Assembly: GCA_946407765.1 (NCBI GenBank)
Contig: CAMJPD010000001.1
Location: 7,755-71,754 of the forward strand
Length of the DNA: 64,000 nt
Direction: 5' to 3'
Source: an uncultured Lachnospiraceae bacterium
Lineage (GTDB): Bacteria; Bacillota; Clostridia; Lachnospirales; Lachnospiraceae
In this document: positions 59,705 through 64,000 of the stretch, one piece after another
Layout of the letters: every line of letters begins with the position of its first letter
How positions within the stretch are numbered: the first letter of the stretch is position 1
The notes under the pieces: generated by a model
What the model saw: only the letters and a program-made list of their open reading frames with translations
Database searches by the model: none
What the model was told of the DNA's origin: nothing
Position numbers and translations under genes: made by a program

Positions 59705-59768
59705 TTTATTGTGCCATTTTATTATGCCATATGGCACAATAAATGGCACAATAAAATGGCATAATAAA
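59705..59768. repeat. Five contiguous 12-13-bp units (2 inverted + 3 direct) forming a palindromic array
   Basis: TTTATTGTGCCAT TTTATTATGCCAT | ATGGCACAATAA ATGGCACAATAAA ATGGCATAATAAA. The centre TGCCATATGGCA (59725-59736) is a perfect 12-bp palindrome. It ends about 90 bp upstream of the 59858 start. Confidence 0.9.
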
Positions 59769-59857
59769 ATACCACTACAAAATAGCATGATAAATGTCTC
59801 TATTAATTGTCCCTACTGGGTGCATCTATTTTGAACAAGCGCCCATAACGAGGTTCT

Positions 59858-61189
59858 ATGAATTTTCCTATAGAAAACGAAACAACCGAATATAAAAAGT
59901 CTACCAGCGAGCTTTCTGACGCAATCGTTGATATCGTTGCAATACTCAACAAAAGCGGGGAAGGTGTTTTGTATTTTGGTATAAAAAATGATGGCACAGT
60001 ATGCGGAATGGATGTCAGCGATAAAACTTTGAGAAATATATCTCAAAAAATATATGAACAAATTAAACCGCAAATCTATCCTCAGATAGAAGTGCTTGAG
60101 GATAAAAAAAAGAAAATAATAAAAGTTACTTTCAGCGGAGTAGAAAAACCATATTCCGCAGGAGGTAAATATTATATAAGAGTTGCCGATGAAAGTAGGG
60201 AACTAAATCCCACAGAGTTAGCGCAAATGATACTTGATGTTAATTATAAAGATTGGGAAAGGCAAATAACTAATGACACAGTGGATGACATAGATGAGGA
60301 CCAGCTTAAAGAATATTATAAAAAGGCAATAAAGAGCGCAAGGCTTGTAGATGAGCCATATGATAAAACAAATTTATTGTTTAAACTGGGTTTACTGGCT
60401 GCAGATAAAATACATCTTAATAATGCAGGCAAATATCTATTTTCCAATAAGAAACCTATGCAAGTAAAAATGGCTGTATTTGCGACCGATGAAAAGCTCA
60501 CCTTCATAGACATAAAAAACTATGAGGGTAATATTTTAGGAGCAATTAGTGCAAGTGAAAAGTATGTAAAGGAAAATATTAAATGGAAAGCTGAAATGGA
60601 GGGTTTTTCCAGAAAAGAGTTCCCAGAAATTCCTATAGAAGCATTAAGAGAAATAATTATAAACAGCTTTGCCCATGCAAGTTACATAAGCAGCAGCAGG
60701 CATGAAATCGACATACACCCAGGAAAAATTGCAATATATAATCCAGGAAGTTTTCCAGACGGACTTACCCCCATAGACTTTGCTAAAAAGGATATGGCAT
60801 CTAAAATAAGAAATAAAATCATTTGCGATTGTCTTTACAAGTGTCAAAGTATAGAGGCATGGGGAACGGGATTTAAGAAGACATATAAGATTTGTGAAGA
60901 AAAGGGAATAGATATAGAATACTCAAAAGAACAGGATGGCTTTTGGTTTGTATTTAAGAGAAGAAGCAATGAATCATTATATAGCACAGAAACTTATGAA
61001 GGAGAATATAGTATAGATCAATTCATTTTAGATGAAATGCGCCTCAATCCTAGGGTCACCATAGATGAACTCAGCAGAAAAATAAATAAAGGCAAAAGAA
61101 CTATACAAAGACACATAAATGTCTTACGCGACAATAATATAATAGAAAGAACAGGAGGAAACAAATCCGGAACATGGACAATATCTTAA
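59858..61189 (+). CDS. AlbA_2 (Schlafen-type) / HATPase_c_4 putative DNA-binding transcriptional regulator ('RecG-like' annotation class)
   Basis: 443 aa. N-terminal ENETTEYKKS...IVDIVAILNKSGEGVLYFGIKNDGTVCGMD fits the AlbA_2 domain. ALREIIINSFAHASY...IDIHPGKIAIYNPG fits the ATPase-like region. The C-terminal block RTIQRHINVLRDNNIIERTGG is wHTH-like. Confidence 0.8.
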   Translation: MNFPIENETTEYKKSTSELSDAIVDIVAILNKSGEGVLYFGIKNDGTVCGMDVSDKTLRNISQKIYEQIKPQIYPQIEVLEDKKKKIIKVTFSGVEKPYSAGGKYYIRVADESRELNPTELAQMILDVNYKDWERQITNDTVDDIDEDQLKEYYKKAIKSARLVDEPYDKTNLLFKLGLLAADKIHLNNAGKYLFSNKKPMQVKMAVFATDEKLTFIDIKNYEGNILGAISASEKYVKENIKWKAEMEGFSRKEFPEIPIEALREIIINSFAHASYISSSRHEIDIHPGKIAIYNPGSFPDGLTPIDFAKKDMASKIRNKIICDCLYKCQSIEAWGTGFKKTYKICEEKGIDIEYSKEQDGFWFVFKRRSNESLYSTETYEGEYSIDQFILDEMRLNPRVTIDELSRKINKGKRTIQRHINVLRDNNIIERTGGNKSGTWTIS

Positions 61190-61190
61190 A
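61153..61190. repeat. 38-bp direct repeat, left copy
   Basis: AGGAGGAAACAAATCCGGAACATGGACAATATCTTAAA, identical to 62781-62818. It contains the last 12 codons and stop of the AlbA_2 gene and the ATG of the 61174 gene. Confidence 0.95.
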
Positions 61191-62274
61191 ACAAATAATG
61201 GTATTCATTCACACTGTGACAACTGCAGCTGAAGAAATAATTGATGAAGTAAAAAGAGAAATACACAGTATCGTAATAGTAGCAGTGCTCAGCATAGCAT
61301 CATTTGCTGTTGTCAATCAAGTGATTAAGGTTCCAATTGATATTGACCAAAACGACACAAAAGTGGTAAGAGAATACATAGTTAATGCAAGGACCTTAAA
61401 AATACACGCTTTATCCTGCGATAGTGTAAATAGAATGAGCGAAAAGAATAGGCTTAAAGTAAATTCATCTTTTGAGGAATTGGTAAGTAAGGGCAATTTT
61501 GTATGTGGTAAGTGCCACGCGGGGATTAAAAGAAAAAATGAGATCCTCGCAAATATCATAACCACCGTAGAAAATGCTCTTTTCGGAGAAGATTTAATTG
61601 ACTTACCTACAATAACAGAGTATTTTGATTCTATAAATGAAATGGGCAAATGGTATGTAGATAATGTTTCTACATATATGCAAAAAGAAGATGAGCGAGC
61701 AACACAATCAGCCAAGGATAACTATAATGCCATTAAAAATAATCTTAAAAAAGTAGGTCGTATATATTGTTACCCTTGCGTTTATCTAAATGGTTCTATA
61801 GGAGGATATGATAGAGCTGGAGATGATTGCGTCAGATTTTGGTTTTCATCTTTGAATAATGCAAATAAGAATTTTGTTAATAACATTGCAAAGAATGCTT
61901 TAATGAAGTGGAGTAATATTTCAAGTGACAAGCTTAATCAAAATGATAAGAATTTAGCTTTTGCACTATCAAAGCTAGGTTTCAAGATATATGGCCAAAA
62001 AGGTTATAAAGTAGATGTAAATGGAGATGGCTATTACGAACTAGAAGTTTTTCAAATAGACAATCAGTTTAAGCTCCAAAGAGGAGACGTTTTATCATCG
62101 GATACACACATACATGTATACATAGATGAGTATGCTAATTTTGGGTGGGGAAAGGTAAATAATGTGTATCCGCAAAACACTCACACATATGTTGATTATA
62201 TTAATAATAAAATAATCTGTACCGGGCAAGAGTTTAATAGAGTTTTTAGGTATGTTGGTGATGAGGAGGAATAA
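61174..62274 (+). CDS. Membrane-anchored hypothetical protein with zinc-ribbon-like motif and NlpC/P60-CHAP-like Cys/His signature (paralogue of 12253-13488)
   Basis: 366 aa. TM segment IVIVAVLSIASFAVV. LKIHALSCDSVNRMSEKNRLKVNSSFEELVSKGNFVCGKCHAG (KxH..C...CxxC). GKWYVDNVSTY. GDDCVRFWFSSL ... GDVLSSDTHIHVYID. Overlaps the upstream gene by 16 nt. Confidence 0.55.
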   Translation: MDNILKQIMVFIHTVTTAAEEIIDEVKREIHSIVIVAVLSIASFAVVNQVIKVPIDIDQNDTKVVREYIVNARTLKIHALSCDSVNRMSEKNRLKVNSSFEELVSKGNFVCGKCHAGIKRKNEILANIITTVENALFGEDLIDLPTITEYFDSINEMGKWYVDNVSTYMQKEDERATQSAKDNYNAIKNNLKKVGRIYCYPCVYLNGSIGGYDRAGDDCVRFWFSSLNNANKNFVNNIAKNALMKWSNISSDKLNQNDKNLAFALSKLGFKIYGQKGYKVDVNGDGYYELEVFQIDNQFKLQRGDVLSSDTHIHVYIDEYANFGWGKVNNVYPQNTHTYVDYINNKIICTGQEFNRVFRYVGDEEE

Positions 62275-62279
62275 TAATT

Positions 62280-62759
62280 ATGTCTTTTGCACGTTTTTTT
62301 GTTAAGGGATGTATATTGGCTATAATATGTGCTGCATTGTTCAGCTGTTATAATATATTAAAAAAAGACTACGAAAATAGACGGTTTGATGTTTACAAGG
62401 TGTCAGGACGTGAAGTCTTCGATCCCGGAGCAACATTATGTGCTGCAATTGAAAAAAGCAACTGGAGTGGCCTTCAACTTTCTGAAAAATTTAGATCCAA
62501 GTACAATAATAGAGGAAATATTATACCAAATATAAATAAATATAGCAGATTCGAAAATGGTTCGCGATTTATTGATGGTAAGCGACAGCTAGTCATATTT
62601 GCAGAGGAACCAGATTCTATATTTGACATTTATGGGGCAGATAAAATAACAACGGTATTTTATTTTAACTACGCTGTAGTAAATAATAATTTGCTAGAAG
62701 ATGTGAATTTAGTTGAAGCGAAACGAATAAATTCAATGACAGGCGAATTGGTTGAATAA
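62280..62759 (+). CDS. Small lipid/membrane-anchored hypothetical protein, partner of 61174-62274 (paralogue of 13489-14079)
   Basis: 159 aa. GAGGAGG RBS, 5 nt after the upstream stop. N-terminus ILAIICAALFSC (lipobox-like). Motifs shared with the 196-aa paralogue. Confidence 0.7.
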   Translation: MSFARFFVKGCILAIICAALFSCYNILKKDYENRRFDVYKVSGREVFDPGATLCAAIEKSNWSGLQLSEKFRSKYNNRGNIIPNINKYSRFENGSRFIDGKRQLVIFAEEPDSIFDIYGADKITTVFYFNYAVVNNNLLEDVNLVEAKRINSMTGELVE

Positions 62760-62780
62760 TATTTGTGCTAATCGTAGAAT

Positions 62781-62818
62781 AGGAGGAAACAAATCCGGAA
62801 CATGGACAATATCTTAAA
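62781..62818. repeat. 38-bp direct repeat, right copy
   Basis: Identical to 61153-61190, 1,628 bp downstream. The upstream flanks are also similar (AATAGAAAGAAC vs AATCGTAGAAT). Confidence 0.95.
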
Positions 62819-62933
62819 TCATGTAAACTTTGGTTTCTGGGAAGGACTGGAAGACGGTCGCAAAATCATGCGCATCGCAACAAGCTTTGCTACCACAAAG
62901 GCAAATGTCGACAAACTAATATCTTTATTATAA
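62802..62933 (+). pseudogene. Remnant: repeat-derived ATG fused to the C-terminal about 36 codons of a threonine-aldolase/beta-eliminating-lyase-like PLP enzyme
   Basis: The 43-codon ORF reads MDNIL-NHVNFGFWEGLEDGRKIMRIATSFATTKANVDKLISLL*. The tail resembles the conserved C-terminus (R..TS.ATT...VD.L) of low-specificity threonine aldolases. No upstream body of such a gene is present. Family assignment is from memory of the motif only. Confidence 0.45.
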
Positions 62934-62955
62934 ACCAATCATTGCTATAATAAAC

Positions 62956-63456
62956 ATGTATCTGTATGATAAAAAAATTAAAGTGGATAGCAAAATTTTT
63001 GAGTTATATAAAGACATCCCTAAATATGTATCTAAGTATTTTAGCTTTGGAGAAGTGTATCTTCTCGGCTATGATTATATAAATAATCATAAAATGTATT
63101 TGATTATCTGTTTTGATACAATATATATAATTGCTGATAATGAAAAGGAATTATCCATTCAATTTAAATTGAAAGAGTATAAAGAAAAGCATATCTATAT
63201 TGATGATATATGTATTTGGGATATAAATAAAGGATATGGTTCACTAGCCATGAAATATCTAATAGAGTATGCCACAAACATGGGCTGCAAGTATATAAGC
63301 GGGTGTCTAATGGGAAAAGACATTATTGATCATAAAGACAGACTTTTTCATTTTTATAAAAAATTTAACTTTACTATAAAAGAATTTAAAACCCCAAAGA
63401 ATGGGTATCATATAAAGTTGGAACTTAGCACAAGGCAAAAATCATTAAAGCAATAG
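62956..63456 (+). CDS. Small GNAT-like acetyltransferase (tentative)
   Basis: 166 aa. IYIDDICIWDINKGYGSLAMKYLIEYA (motif A-like xxGxG) and FYKKFNF are GNAT-like. Weak, sequence-pattern evidence only. Confidence 0.45.
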   Translation: MYLYDKKIKVDSKIFELYKDIPKYVSKYFSFGEVYLLGYDYINNHKMYLIICFDTIYIIADNEKELSIQFKLKEYKEKHIYIDDICIWDINKGYGSLAMKYLIEYATNMGCKYISGCLMGKDIIDHKDRLFHFYKKFNFTIKEFKTPKNGYHIKLELSTRQKSLKQ

Positions 63457-63582
63457 GAATATATCTTAAACAATATTTATTATAATTATTCAATTTTGTA
63501 CAGAATGAGGTTAAATAAATTTCTATCTCAGATAGTATGATAATACAACAGATAATAATCCATGGGAGGAACAATAATCAAT

Positions 63583-64000
63583 ATGAAAAAACCAATGAAA
63601 ACAGTAAGAGAACTCATTCAACATATGAAAAATAAAGGGATTGGATTTAATATTCTAAATGAAGTTGAGGCCGAGGAACACCTAAATAATCATAATAATT
63701 ATTTTAAGTTGACTGCCTATAGAAAAAATTACACAAAATACACAAGTGGCAGTAACAAAGATAAATATGAAAGGCTTGAGTTTGCATATTTAGTAGAATT
63801 AGCTAGAATTGATGCCGAAATTAGATCCTTGCTATTGGATATGGCATTAGATATTGAACATTTTTTAAAGGTTGCACTGATAAAAGTTGTAGAGAATGAG
63901 ATGATAAACAAAAAAGTTGAAGACGGCTATAAAATACTTGATGGCTATTTCAATGCCGATGATATTATTGATGTTGCTGATAAATTTAAAATCAGAACCT
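63583..64000 (+). CDS. Abi_2 (AbiD/AbiF-like) abortive-infection family protein, 3' end outside the window
   Basis: Not in the ORF track because it has no stop in the window. My translation from the ATG at 63583 is MKKPMKTVRELIQHMKNKGIGFNILNEVEAEEHLNNHNNYFKLTAYRKNYTKY...LEFAYLVELARIDAEIRSLLLDMALDIEHFLKVAL. The pattern (hinge-helper N-terminus; Y.RL.AY; F..L..L...D..LR; E..LK) is typical of the family. A GGAGG lies 12 nt upstream. Confidence 0.7.
   Translation, partial: MKKPMKTVRELIQHMKNKGIGFNILNEVEAEEHLNNHNNYFKLTAYRKNYTKYTSGSNKDKYERLEFAYLVELARIDAEIRSLLLDMALDIEHFLKVALIKVVENEMINKKVEDGYKILDGYFNADDIIDVADKFKIRT

Noticed and set aside
61153-62818. The repeat-bounded 1.6-kb segment as an insertion sequence or prophage remnant.
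   Set aside because: It encodes no transposase or integrase and has no terminal inverted repeats. The repeats are direct and 38 bp long, so it is not a classical IS.

Overview
This is an AT-rich bacterial window in which every credible gene (about 32) lies on the + strand.

(1) 1-52.6 kb is a cell-surface super-locus.
- It holds two paralogous giant adhesin-like genes. One is 5'-truncated with 3,571 codons visible; the other is complete at 6,628 codons.
- Both are built from PMP-type beta-helix repeats, a recurring Cys/His module, Listeria-Bacteroides-type repeats, a 20-22-residue poly-Gly linker and choline-binding-type C-terminal repeats.
- Two smaller proteins use the same C-terminal anchor; the 778-aa one also has the poly-Gly linker.
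- Most strikingly, there are four paralogous copies of a three-gene cassette (A-B-C; 15.4-18.7 kb and 39.0-49.2 kb) that I cannot assign to any known family. The products are Sec-signal proteins with conserved termini, heptad-patterned N-terminal segments and highly divergent cores.

(2) 53.5-59.6 kb is housekeeping: serC-serA-DUF1015 and argH-argG.

(3) 59.7-64 kb is an accessory islet.
- It starts with a 13-bp palindromic repeat array and an AlbA_2-type DNA-binding gene.
- A 1.6-kb two-gene segment follows, bounded by 38-bp direct repeats and paralogous to 12.25-14.08 kb.
- It ends with a threonine-aldolase-like gene remnant, a GNAT-like gene and a 3'-truncated Abi_2-like gene.

I recognised no rRNA, tRNA, CRISPR array, transposase or integrase. 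The taxon cannot be fixed from this window. Choline-binding-type repeats point to Firmicutes. Beta-signal-like C-termini on the B proteins and Ser-Cys lipoboxes would also fit a diderm such as a spirochaete.
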